Shown in pieces: positions 50,647-61,600 of a DNA stretch of 64,000 nucleotides. The position numbers and the translations under genes were made by a program. Origin of the DNA: an uncultured virus (IMG/VR IMGVR_UViG_3300025804_000224) (Duplodnaviria > Heunggongvirae > Uroviricota > Caudoviricetes); the IMG/VR virus record IMGVR_UViG_3300025804_000224; one strand, written 5' to 3'. Below the pieces are notes generated by a model. That model was not told where the DNA came from and searched no databases. It saw only the letters and a list, made by a program, of their open reading frames with translations. Position 1 is the stretch's first letter, and every line of letters starts with the position of its first letter.

Positions 50647-51326
50647 AAATAAATAAGATAAATTTTACCTATGATAATAAGGTCACTGACATAGCTATGA
50701 TAGATGACCAGTATGTCGTACCTATAGATGAGTCACATCCATTAGGTAAGTTCCTTAATACCATGGAAATGGCACCTATAGTTGGTGAGGGATTTAGGTA
50801 TGACTTATTTGGAATGGACCCTAATGTACCTGATAACTTACTTCAGTATCAATTACCAACTGGAGTTGACTTTACTAAGAATGTAAAGCATACAGTACAT
50901 AGAGCTTATCTATTTGATACTATATTAGTATATTATTTAGGTGGACTATCCAATCCAGTCACTGAGCTAGATTACTATGGATTTGATGGGGAGTTAATGT
51001 TTACTGTTACTGACTTTAGTTCTACTGATAAGTTAGTATTAGTATATGATACATTACCTGATCAGACTGGATTACATAGGAGATCTAGGACTCCACATAA
51101 ATATACTAAGAAATTCCTAAATCAGGATATTATAACCAATAGTGGTAGATTACCTCAGAATAAGAATAAACTCAAAGTAGACTATATTCCTAGCTCATTT
51201 ACTGTAGTAAACTCACTGAAGAGAATAAAATATGGGTATGGATATACTGACTTAGGTAAGAAATATGAGATAACTAGGGATAGGAGTTATCCTTATTTAC
51301 CAGTTGAACATAACAATACTTATTGA
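50643..51326 (+). CDS. Hypothetical baseplate-region protein
   Basis: 227-aa coupled ORF. Confidence 0.55.
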   Translation: MKINKINFTYDNKVTDIAMIDDQYVVPIDESHPLGKFLNTMEMAPIVGEGFRYDLFGMDPNVPDNLLQYQLPTGVDFTKNVKHTVHRAYLFDTILVYYLGGLSNPVTELDYYGFDGELMFTVTDFSSTDKLVLVYDTLPDQTGLHRRSRTPHKYTKKFLNQDIITNSGRLPQNKNKLKVDYIPSSFTVVNSLKRIKYGYGYTDLGKKYEITRDRSYPYLPVEHNNTY

Positions 51327-51332
51327 TATTAT

Positions 51333-51935
51333 ATGATAGTAAATAATTCTATAATTAATGGTTTATTCCAATATGTTGATGGAGTAACTTTTACTGAGAA
51401 TGACATATTATTTGATGAAGGTAAATTATATCATGTAAAAGCTGACGTATCTAATGTAACTCCAACTGAGGATGTAGCTGAGGAATATTATCAGGATTAT
51501 TTTATATGGGCATATAATACTGATAATATTGCAGTTAAGTCAGATATTAATAAGTATCTTCAGAGTTTATTTCCTAGCTTAACTACTGATGGAGTAACTC
51601 CAGTAATTATAACTTCAGATGAGATAACTCAGTTAAATAAGTCAGGAGTATATAAGGTACCTGATGGACCTACTATAGCTGTATTCGTTACTCCATCTGA
51701 TACCTCATTTATGATAAAGTATACTAAGTCTAGTTTATCTTACTTAGTAGGAACTAAGAATGATGATGGAAGTATTACATGGGGAACTGAAAGGTTAGCT
51801 ATAGTTGATAGTATGACAAGTTACCTAGATAATGCAGTAACTTCAATAACTGCACTTCAGACATTATTAAAACAGAGAATAAGTCAATATGATGAAATAA
51901 TATCTAGACTTGACTCAGTATTACCTAAACCTTAA
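51333..51935 (+). CDS. Hypothetical tail-associated protein
   Basis: 200 aa; C-terminal coiled coil. Confidence 0.55.
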   Translation: MIVNNSIINGLFQYVDGVTFTENDILFDEGKLYHVKADVSNVTPTEDVAEEYYQDYFIWAYNTDNIAVKSDINKYLQSLFPSLTTDGVTPVIITSDEITQLNKSGVYKVPDGPTIAVFVTPSDTSFMIKYTKSSLSYLVGTKNDDGSITWGTERLAIVDSMTSYLDNAVTSITALQTLLKQRISQYDEIISRLDSVLPKP

Positions 51936-51938
51936 GCT

Positions 51939-52682
51939 ATGATAGTCACATCAGGAAATGACTCAGGGATACATTATGATGATTCTATTAAAGGAATTAA
52001 GTTAGGTACATCTGAGTTAATAAATCTACTCAGAGATACTTCATTTGTATTTAAAGGTAATATAGGAAGTGGACTTAAGTTACCTAATATCCCTAATGGA
52101 GTTACTGATATTGAGTTTACTGACTCAGATAGAAAGAGAGTTAGGAATATAATCAATAGTAGGAATCATCTAGATGGATCTGATGGAGTATTAGTTACCT
52201 TAGAATTAACTGAGGATTATACATTTAGTCAGGACTCAATAATATGTAAGTCAGGATTACTACGTAATAATACTTATATATTTGATGACCAATTCCTAAC
52301 TTATTTTGACCTATATCAACTAAGTCAGGGAGTTGAGGATAAGTCAGTTACTAATATAGTTAAATCAGTAACTCTTACTAAGCCTGAGTCAGGATATTAT
52401 GAAACTAACTCAGTTAAAGCTGAGGAAGTACAAGATTGGATACCTGACTGTAGGTTGCATAAAGATACTTATGTCTATGTTAGTAGATTTAATCTATCTG
52501 AATTAACTTTCTTATGTATAATAGAAAGATATAGTAGGATAGATGGAACTTTAGATAAGAGGTATCTCAAAGTACATAAATATAAGTCTGAGTCAGATAG
52601 GTATATAGATACATCTGACTATGAGGATAATGATCAGAACTATATAGATAGAATTCAATCAATCTTTATTAAAGTTAACTAA
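51939..52682 (+). CDS. Hypothetical protein
   Basis: 247-aa ORF. Confidence 0.55.
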   Translation: MIVTSGNDSGIHYDDSIKGIKLGTSELINLLRDTSFVFKGNIGSGLKLPNIPNGVTDIEFTDSDRKRVRNIINSRNHLDGSDGVLVTLELTEDYTFSQDSIICKSGLLRNNTYIFDDQFLTYFDLYQLSQGVEDKSVTNIVKSVTLTKPESGYYETNSVKAEEVQDWIPDCRLHKDTYVYVSRFNLSELTFLCIIERYSRIDGTLDKRYLKVHKYKSESDRYIDTSDYEDNDQNYIDRIQSIFIKVN

Positions 52683-53575
52683 TGCTATATTCTAATCCAA
52701 GTCTAATCCATAAGATTAGTGAAATAAGATTTTGGTATACTCCAATACCTAAATTAGATTCAGATCTTACTCACTATGATAAAGCTCCAAATAAGCTTAA
52801 GTCAACTGATACATACTATGAGTTCATAACTGATAGTGTAAGTAAGAATGAAGAATTAGGTAAGGAATGCCCAATAAATAGGACTAAGTATAATTATGTA
52901 TGGGGAGTTACTAAAGATGGTGATTTAGTATTCCTTCAGGATATGATACTTAATCTTACTGGATTAGTAGTAGATAAGATAAAGTTTAAGTTAAACTTAA
53001 TAGAGGTAGATGAATTAGTAATTGATACTGATTTCGAGTATAGTGACCACACTCATCTATATACTCCACCAACTAAGTTTGATACAGTAATTAAGAGGAC
53101 TAACTTTGTAGGTGAGTTACTTAATAATGAATTATTCACCAATAATAATATAATTAGGGATATAGATAGAGACTTACTTGACTTAAATAAAGTTAATGTA
53201 TCAGATTTAAATGGAGTTATCTTAACTAACTTTAAGTATGAATCAATGCCTAAAGATGTAGTTGAGACTATATCAGATAAAGATTATGACTTTAATTCTG
53301 ATAAATGCCTACTAATGTATAGAGGTGACATTATTCTCTACCGAAACCTCTTGGGTAAGTATAAACTTAAGGTAGGAGATATAGTCAAAACTTTTGATTC
53401 ACCGATACTATTAATAGATCAGAGTCACTATGTTGACGTAGGAAGTAAGTCATTATATAAGTATGAGGTGACTGACTCAGATATAGTATCAACTAAGACT
53501 AGATATACTGTAGATAAGGTAGGATACATGGTAGCTTACTATAATAAAGGCAATTATAATAAGAAATTGATATGA
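52682..53575 (+). CDS. Hypothetical protein
   Basis: 297-aa coupled ORF. Confidence 0.55.
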   Translation: MLYSNPSLIHKISEIRFWYTPIPKLDSDLTHYDKAPNKLKSTDTYYEFITDSVSKNEELGKECPINRTKYNYVWGVTKDGDLVFLQDMILNLTGLVVDKIKFKLNLIEVDELVIDTDFEYSDHTHLYTPPTKFDTVIKRTNFVGELLNNELFTNNNIIRDIDRDLLDLNKVNVSDLNGVILTNFKYESMPKDVVETISDKDYDFNSDKCLLMYRGDIILYRNLLGKYKLKVGDIVKTFDSPILLIDQSHYVDVGSKSLYKYEVTDSDIVSTKTRYTVDKVGYMVAYYNKGNYNKKLI

Positions 53576-54042
53576 GTTGGGAATTATCATCTGATGCATA
53601 TAATGTACTGACTGAGAATGTTATAGTAACTGACTTATATCTAATAGCTACTAATGTAGGTGTAAGGTCAATCACTCATAGACTTAAACCTAGGTCAGTG
53701 ACTGCAGATAATGGATATCTTACTTTTAATCTAATTGACTTAGATATAACTTTGACTCAGGGTAATGAATGTTTCTGGGACTTAGATTTATATTGTAAGG
53801 TAAACTATAAAGATACTGATTATAAGATAGCTACACTTAAGAGATTCCAGAGTATAGACCATAATCTATTTATGTCATATATGGGTATCAATATATTTTA
53901 TGTAGATTTTAGGTCAATCAAGTGGAGTGAGATACTCGATTTAAGTCAGGAAGGTAAGGATACATCGATGCACATAATAGATTTTATTAAGATGCATAAT
54001 ACTGGTGTATCAAAATCTGAGATAAATAAATATAGATTATGA
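53572..54042 (+). CDS. Hypothetical protein
   Basis: 156-aa coupled ORF. Confidence 0.55.
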   Translation: MSWELSSDAYNVLTENVIVTDLYLIATNVGVRSITHRLKPRSVTADNGYLTFNLIDLDITLTQGNECFWDLDLYCKVNYKDTDYKIATLKRFQSIDHNLFMSYMGINIFYVDFRSIKWSEILDLSQEGKDTSMHIIDFIKMHNTGVSKSEINKYRL

Positions 54043-54827
54043 GTAATAAGACACTAGATGAACTTAGGGAGGTAATGTATGTTAACTCCCGTAAGAATAG
54101 AGCTAATACTATAGATCCACCTGATGTATTCACTACAATGAAGGATGCATTTGACTTAGTCTATAGTAAGTCTGAGATAGATAATTTACTTGAACATATA
54201 GATGACCCTATTGAGTTAACTAATGGTGACCTTATTAACTTAATTGATAATAGTAAGCTAAATGTAGGTAGGCATTATAAAGTAACTAATTATAGACCTA
54301 GTGGGTCAAAGTATTATGACATACTACTTTTAGCTACTTCACCTAACTCACTTAACTCAAATGGATTAGCTATTAAGTCAGATAATGGACCTAGTATAAC
54401 TGGTATTAACTCATTTAGTATAGTCTACTCAATAAAATCGAATAAAGTTACTAGACTAACTGATGAGTATGGAAATGTAGCTGACTTTGATTTCAAGTGT
54501 ATAAAAGTAGATGACTCAGATTACTTATTTAGTTCATCATCTATATCTAGTGGAAATACAATACTCAACTCAACTGGAATTAAATTCTTAGGTGACTGTC
54601 ATAATAATATAGTTAAGGGATGCAGTAATATTACCATAGATAATGTATCTAACTCTATAATTATAGGTAGCTCTAATCTAAGTTTGATTGACTGTGATAG
54701 ACTTAGTGTATCAGCTAAGAATGAAGGTGAGGTATTAAGTTTCTCCAATAAAGTAAGTGAGTCAATTGGAAATAACTCTAAAGGTGACGTAGTTGAGATA
54801 AATATATTTGACTCAATATTTATATAA
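54039..54827 (+). CDS. Tail fibre/spike paralog with short beta-helix
   Basis: TIDPPDVFTTMKDAFDL head and DEYGN.A..DFK domain shared with 57648..58619. Confidence 0.6.
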   Translation: MSNKTLDELREVMYVNSRKNRANTIDPPDVFTTMKDAFDLVYSKSEIDNLLEHIDDPIELTNGDLINLIDNSKLNVGRHYKVTNYRPSGSKYYDILLLATSPNSLNSNGLAIKSDNGPSITGINSFSIVYSIKSNKVTRLTDEYGNVADFDFKCIKVDDSDYLFSSSSISSGNTILNSTGIKFLGDCHNNIVKGCSNITIDNVSNSIIIGSSNLSLIDCDRLSVSAKNEGEVLSFSNKVSESIGNNSKGDVVEINIFDSIFI

Positions 54828-57630
54828 TAGGATTAATATGGAACATAATAAACTAGCTAATGTTAGTAAGACTAATATAGGATTAGGTAGTGTAGAAAAT
54901 CTTACTCCAGCTGAAATAGCAGCTTTAATGAGGCATTCAGTTATAATTAATCCTAACTTTATACCTAAGGATGATTTAACTGCATGGGAAGAACTCATTA
55001 AGAGTTGGATAGATAAGCTTAATGAGTGTATAGTAGTAACTCAGTCAGAGTATGATAATCTAGTAACTAATTCTAAACTCAAACCTACTAGACTATATAA
55101 AGTAACTGGATATAAAGCTAACTTAGACTTATGTAAAGGTAATCTAGGTCAGGACATACAAGTATCTGATACATCATTTGATTTCTATGCAATAACTGAA
55201 AGTAATCAACTTCAGAATATATGTATAGCTATTGTAAATGATAAATCAGATGACTTTACTAAATCTATACTATCATCTAGGTTAGTATACTTTATCTATA
55301 AGGATGGGTATATAACTCAGATGACTGATACTAAGGGTAACTATGCTACCTTTGACTTCATCTCAGTTAAGAACTCATTAGGTAAGAATATAATATCTAG
55401 TGACTCAGTAGGAGTTAAGACTAAGTCAGCTGATGTATACATAGATGGTTCTGACGTAACCTTAGGTACAGATAATACTAAGGTATCTATAACTAAATGT
55501 AGTAATGTATCTATAGGTGACCTAAATAAGTCAGTAACTTTATCTGGATGTAGTAACTGTGAGATAAATGGAAATAATACTGACATTAATATATCTGGAG
55601 ATAATGCTAAGATAGGAAGTGGAAATAATACAGTTTCTATTGATGCTGATTCACATGACGTATTAGTTAGTTGCCATAATAATAAACTAACCTTCGTAGA
55701 CTCACCTGCATGTGAGTTTGGTAGTCATAATGATACAGTCACATTCACTCATAGTAAAGGAGGTATCTTAGGTAACTATAATGACAATATTATCTCTGAG
55801 TGCTCATATACTATAATGGGAGATCATAACTCTCATATAACAGCTAAAGGTGCCAGTAATAAGATAATTCATGTAACTTTAACCTCAGGTAATCAATACC
55901 TAATCTTCAATGATGACTCATCATTCATGAGTGAGTCAGATAGTGCATTTCTACAATATCTTAAATTATTCAAGTCATATGGATTATTTAAGGATATGGA
56001 CCATAATGTATTAGTTGGACCTAAGTTAGAATTTAATAGAGCTTATGATAATATAGGTAGTGTATTCTATCTACTCACTAATACCAATACAATGCCAGTT
56101 ATTGACTTTGACTCAATGCTAACTGGATTAAAGTCATATAACTCATTTGTACTTCATAATCTCGATGTAATTACATATGACGATAATGGAGTAAGTAGAT
56201 GGATAGATAAGAGAGGTAATGTTACTGACTCTACTCAGTTTACTCTAGCTAAACTAATTGACTTCCTCAATGAGAGATGTCAAGCTACTAAGGAATACAT
56301 ATATGTAGAGGATACTACAGGTAATAAGGTATCTCCAGCTAAATCAGCTATAGCATACAATGCAGTAGCCACAACCTCTCCAGTGAACTCAGTATCAGCT
56401 ACCTCTACTGATGCAGCTAAGAATAATAGTCTTAACTCTACTCCAGTATATGAGGTAAAGTATCCTGGATTACCTGATGGTAAGGGAGGTGGTACTGTAA
56501 CTGAGTCAGGTAAGTATTATGAAATTAAATGGGATGATAATAGTAATAAATTTACCTCTGGAGTAGACTCAACTAAGAAGATATCAGCTAAGTTACATAA
56601 TGGTTCTACTGAATCAGTGGCTCAGATAAGTGACTTAAAGATATCAAGTTGGGATTGTAATTGTATCACTATCTCAGGTACTGAGGATATTAATAAGAGT
56701 AACTTTAAGATTGACTTAAGGTCAGACTATTATGTCCTTACTCCATCTAATATCAATACTTCAGGCGTATACTTAGTTGAGTTCAAATTTTATGGTATCT
56801 TAAATAATACTAATGTAACTTATTATCTATACCTATACATTAATACTAATGCACTAACTTATACTCATTATATACGTACAGGTAAAGATTATAGCTACAA
56901 TATAATACCTAACATAAACTCAGCATACTCTAAAGTTGATGCTGAAGTAATGATAGATACTGATGAGACTGGATATACATTTACTCCAAATGCAAATGAG
57001 ACTGACAATACCTCATTTAATATCAAGTTCCCAACTATAAATAAGTTAGATGATATATTCTGTAAATTGAACTTTACATCTAATCTAAATTATAGTGATG
57101 GAAATAAGATTAATTTGGATGTAGTACATCAGTTCATAGTCTCTGACTCAATAGTTATCATGACCTATGCTAATAATGGAACTGAGTTAACTGAGTCGAG
57201 AGCTCAGGGTGAGGAAGTTACGTATAATTTAGGTGTAGGTAGTAATGATACTGAAGCTACTAAGGATGTAATAAGTAAGATTAGTCAGTTTAAGGTAGAT
57301 ATAGTAACTGAGTATGGTAAAACTGAGGCAGCTAATCCTGATTATGATAATCTAGAGTCAGTAGATTCGGTTAGTACATCCTCTACTGAAGCTCCAGCTT
57401 ACTCTAGTCAGGACTCTGCATTCAAGTATAAGTACACTGTACCTACTGAGTACACTCAAGATAAGTATCTTATAGTACCAACTAAGTCGACTTTAACCAT
57501 AACTCCAGTGACTTCAGATGACTCATTTACTCTGAGTCCATGTAAGATAACTATTAATGTAAAGTCAAAGTTATCTAAAGTGGAAGTTACTATAAATAGA
57601 GTTAGTAGAATCTGTATAATAGCTAATTAA
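54808..57630 (+). CDS. Tail spike/fibre protein with beta-helix repeats
   Basis: 940 aa; SKTNIGLGSVEN fibre motif; IG..N..V repeats; DTKGNYATFDF domain. Confidence 0.65.
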   Translation: MTQYLYNRINMEHNKLANVSKTNIGLGSVENLTPAEIAALMRHSVIINPNFIPKDDLTAWEELIKSWIDKLNECIVVTQSEYDNLVTNSKLKPTRLYKVTGYKANLDLCKGNLGQDIQVSDTSFDFYAITESNQLQNICIAIVNDKSDDFTKSILSSRLVYFIYKDGYITQMTDTKGNYATFDFISVKNSLGKNIISSDSVGVKTKSADVYIDGSDVTLGTDNTKVSITKCSNVSIGDLNKSVTLSGCSNCEINGNNTDINISGDNAKIGSGNNTVSIDADSHDVLVSCHNNKLTFVDSPACEFGSHNDTVTFTHSKGGILGNYNDNIISECSYTIMGDHNSHITAKGASNKIIHVTLTSGNQYLIFNDDSSFMSESDSAFLQYLKLFKSYGLFKDMDHNVLVGPKLEFNRAYDNIGSVFYLLTNTNTMPVIDFDSMLTGLKSYNSFVLHNLDVITYDDNGVSRWIDKRGNVTDSTQFTLAKLIDFLNERCQATKEYIYVEDTTGNKVSPAKSAIAYNAVATTSPVNSVSATSTDAAKNNSLNSTPVYEVKYPGLPDGKGGGTVTESGKYYEIKWDDNSNKFTSGVDSTKKISAKLHNGSTESVAQISDLKISSWDCNCITISGTEDINKSNFKIDLRSDYYVLTPSNINTSGVYLVEFKFYGILNNTNVTYYLYLYINTNALTYTHYIRTGKDYSYNIIPNINSAYSKVDAEVMIDTDETGYTFTPNANETDNTSFNIKFPTINKLDDIFCKLNFTSNLNYSDGNKINLDVVHQFIVSDSIVIMTYANNGTELTESRAQGEEVTYNLGVGSNDTEATKDVISKISQFKVDIVTEYGKTEAANPDYDNLESVDSVSTSSTEAPAYSSQDSAFKYKYTVPTEYTQDKYLIVPTKSTLTITPVTSDDSFTLSPCKITINVKSKLSKVEVTINRVSRICIIAN

Positions 57631-57647
57631 TAAAATAATATAGATAT

Positions 57648-58619
57648 ATGGCACGTACAATAGACCAGTTAAAGACTGCAATGTTAAATAATGCAGCTAA
57701 ACAGATAGGTCAGAAAATTACTCCATCAGATGTATTTAGTACAATGAAGGAGGCATTTGACCTCTACTATACTAAGGCTGAAGTCCAGACTATAGAGACT
57801 ACTATAAACAATAGGATAGATGCACTTCAGTATGGTAGAGTAATGACTAATGCTCAGTTAGCTTCAGCTATCTCATCTAAGTCATTGAAGAAAGGTGAGC
57901 TAATTGAGATACCTTATCCAGCTAAACATAAATTCTCTATACTACTTGTAGCTACATCAACTAATACAGTTAGTGGGGTAGGTTATGCTATAAATAACTT
58001 AGATACTACCTATTATAGTGGAGTAGACATGACTAAGTGGCTACTTGGAGTTACTATAAATGACTCAGGTATTCCTACTATCACATATATGAGGGATGAG
58101 TATGGTAATGAGGCTAACTATGACTTTAAGAATAGTTCAACTAATTCATCTACCATAACTTATGCACTCCAATATACTGATAGTAAAGGTAATGTATCAG
58201 ATGCTTCACTTACAGGTAAAGCTAAGAATAATAAGTTATTTGACTCAGTAGGCAATAAAGGTATAGCTATAAATACTACCTCATCTATTATCAATAATGA
58301 AATATATGGAGGAGTAACTTCTACTGAGGGACTTATTAACTGTAAGATTTATGGCACTGGAAATATATTGAAGGGAGCTACTAATCTTGAGTTATATGGA
58401 GATAATAACTCATTTGCTAGTCAGGTAACTAATGCTGAGGTAGAGGGAAATAACATAACCTTCACTGATACGTCAGCAATCTATAATCTTAAGGTATTGA
58501 GTCCAAGTGATACTGCATGTAGTTTATCTGGACTTACAGGTAAGGTATTTAAGTTAGTAGGTAGGAACTCTAATGGTAATATAGTTATAGGTAAGCCATT
58601 AGATCAGATCTTCTCATAA
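57648..58619 (+). CDS. Tail fibre/spike paralog
   Basis: ITPSDVFSTMKEAFDL head; RDEYGNEANYDFK. Confidence 0.6.
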   Translation: MARTIDQLKTAMLNNAAKQIGQKITPSDVFSTMKEAFDLYYTKAEVQTIETTINNRIDALQYGRVMTNAQLASAISSKSLKKGELIEIPYPAKHKFSILLVATSTNTVSGVGYAINNLDTTYYSGVDMTKWLLGVTINDSGIPTITYMRDEYGNEANYDFKNSSTNSSTITYALQYTDSKGNVSDASLTGKAKNNKLFDSVGNKGIAINTTSSIINNEIYGGVTSTEGLINCKIYGTGNILKGATNLELYGDNNSFASQVTNAEVEGNNITFTDTSAIYNLKVLSPSDTACSLSGLTGKVFKLVGRNSNGNIVIGKPLDQIFS

Positions 58620-58645
58620 ACTTAATTTAACTGGAGTAAATTAAT

Positions 58646-61600
58646 ATGGCTAATATAAATGATTTAAAGAATAGCATGCTTACTAATGCATCTAAGGCTA
58701 ATTATAGTACAATTAGTCCATCTGATGTATTTAGTACAATGAAGCAGGCATTTGATTTATATAGTACTACTGAAGAAATAGCAGCTAAGTACTATAATAA
58801 GTCAGAACTTGATGTCAGGGTAGCTACTGCAGATAAGTTAGGTTTCATTAAGATAGGTTATACTCAGTCTGGAGCTAACTATCCTATTCAGTTAGATAAA
58901 GATAATAAAGCTTATGTAACCTTAGCTCTAGGTGAGACTGATGTAACTGCATATAAAGGTAGCTCAGGTAAAGCTCTAGCTAATAATTTATCAAGTCACG
59001 TAGCTAATAAATCTAATCCTCATGGAGTTACTAAAGCTCAAGTAGGATTAGGTGATGTAGCTAATACTGGAGATAGTTCTACTCCAGTTAGTGGAGGTAC
59101 TACTAAATTTACTACAGGTGGAGCTTACTCCATGAAGACTGACTTACAGAATAGTATTAATACTAAGGCTGCTAAGACTAATACAGTTAATGGACATCAG
59201 ATAGGGAGTAACGTATCTATACCTACTATAGATAACTCTACTAAGCTTACCAATCAGGACCTTAATACTCTCCATGGTAATGGAGGTTTCTATTATGCAC
59301 CTGGAGGTAATACCTGTACTAATATGCCATCTGGAGTTATTTCATTTGGACTCGTAGTTAGTAGAGGAGCTGGTGGATGGTGGAGTCAGACACTAACTGG
59401 TAATGATGGTAAGATATATTATCGTCAGTGGGATGCTACTAAGTGGACTCCATGGGTTAGAGTTTATACTACTGGAGATAAGCCATCTAAGTCAGATGTA
59501 GGTCTCAGTAATGTAGTAAATACAGGTGACTCAGCAACTCCAGTTAGTGGAGGTACTACTAAGTTTACTACAGGTGGAGCTTACTCGATGAAATCAGAGT
59601 TACAAGCTAGTATTAACACTAAGGCTAATAACTCAACTACAGTCAACGGACACCCTCTCACTAGTAACGTTACTGTAACTAAGGCTGATGTAGGTCTAGG
59701 TAATCTTACAAATGATTCTCAGGTAAAGAGGTCAGAGATGGGAGCTAAGAGTGGAGTAGCTACCCTTGATGCTAATGGACTTATACCTAGCTCACAGTTA
59801 CCTTCCTATGTAGATGACGTATTAGAGTATGCATCTCTAAGTAAATTCCCGACTAAAGGTGAGACAGGTAAGATATATGTAGCAACTGATACTAACCTCA
59901 CTTATAGATGGAGTGGAACTAGCTATGTAGAGATTAGTAAATCTCTAGCTCTAGGTACTACATCTAGTACAGCTTATGCAGGTAACTTAGGAGCTCAGTT
60001 AAGGACTGACCTCAATAGTCATACATCTAGTAAGTCTAACCCACATGGAGTTACTAAAGCTCAGGTAGGATTAGGTAATGTAGCTAACCTAGATCAGAGT
60101 AAGGCTATTAAGTCACTCAGTCAGTCAGGTATTACATATACAGCTACTTATGTAGATGGAACTACAGGTACTGCATTCACTACCGATGGATCTACTATAA
60201 TTAATAGCCTGAGTACAGGTACCGCAGTACCAGGAGACTCAGATTACTTTATATCTCAATATGTAGGTGGAGGTACTACCACTACCTCATATCATCGTAG
60301 ACCTATATCTACCTTATATAGCTATATAAAGAGTAAGCTATCTAAGTCTGACTTAATAAGTATTCTTGGATTCACTCCTATTAGTAGTGGTGATGGTAAG
60401 TTCTCTAATTACCTACCTCTATCTGGAGGTACCATGACTGGAAGGTTAACTATGAAGTCTAACCCTATCTGGATTCAAGGTGGATCAGATGCAGGTGGAG
60501 ATGTAAATAGGATGACCCTTACCTCAGGGATGCCTACTGAGATTAAGTATAATGGAGGTAAGAGAGGTACTGTAATTTACTCTAATGCCATAGCATTTGG
60601 AGATCCATTAAACGGTAACTCTAATAATGATGCAGGATGGATTCGTCACTTAGAGACTACAGCTAACTCAGGAATACTAGAAATAGCTACTGGAGATGAT
60701 GGTAATGAAGGTATAGTATTCAGAAGGTATAATAATAGTAATAATGTATCAACTGAGGTTGTTGTACCTAATGCCTCAGGTACATTAGCTCTTACATCTC
60801 AGATACCAACTGTACCTAGTTCACTTAAGAATCCTAATGCACTCACTATCTCACTTAATGGTACATCTCAGGGAGCTTATGATGGTAGTTCAGCTAAGAG
60901 TATTAACATTACTCCAGGCAGTATAGGTGCAGCTGCAGCCAGTCACTCTCACTCTTACTTACCTCTTAATGGAGGTACCATGACTGGAGATATAAACTTT
61001 GCAGCTACCGGAACTACAGGCACCTCTAAGAAGATAGTATTTAGTGGATCTACCGATGGAGCTCAAATCTACTATAATGTACCTACCTCAGATCAAGGTA
61101 ACTTGGTACTTAATATGGTAGATGATACTAATGCATATATCCAATTTGCATATAATGGTAAAGTTGGTTCCTATATATCTCCATCAGATGGTATGTATCA
61201 TGGTAAGGCTACATCAGCTAGTGTAGCTGACTCAGTAGCTTGGAGTAATGTGTCAGGTAGACCTAGCTCTATGCCATCTAGTGACGTATCTGCATGGGCT
61301 AAAGCATCGACTAAGCCATCTTATTCATGGAGTGAGATAACAAGTAAACCAGGTACTTTTACTCCATCAGCTCATACACATAATTCATTAACTAACTTAG
61401 GTGCATATACAGCTAGTGCACCTACATCCAATACTAAGTATTTAGGTAATGGATTGAGTTGGGCTACCTTATATAGTGGTGGAGGTCCATGTGCTTATGG
61501 TAATATACTTGAGTTATATGGAACTGGAGCTGGTCAGTTATGTATGGAGTGGAGTGGAGGTCAGAATGCAGCTGGTGACTCTAATGTAGGTAGACTCTAT

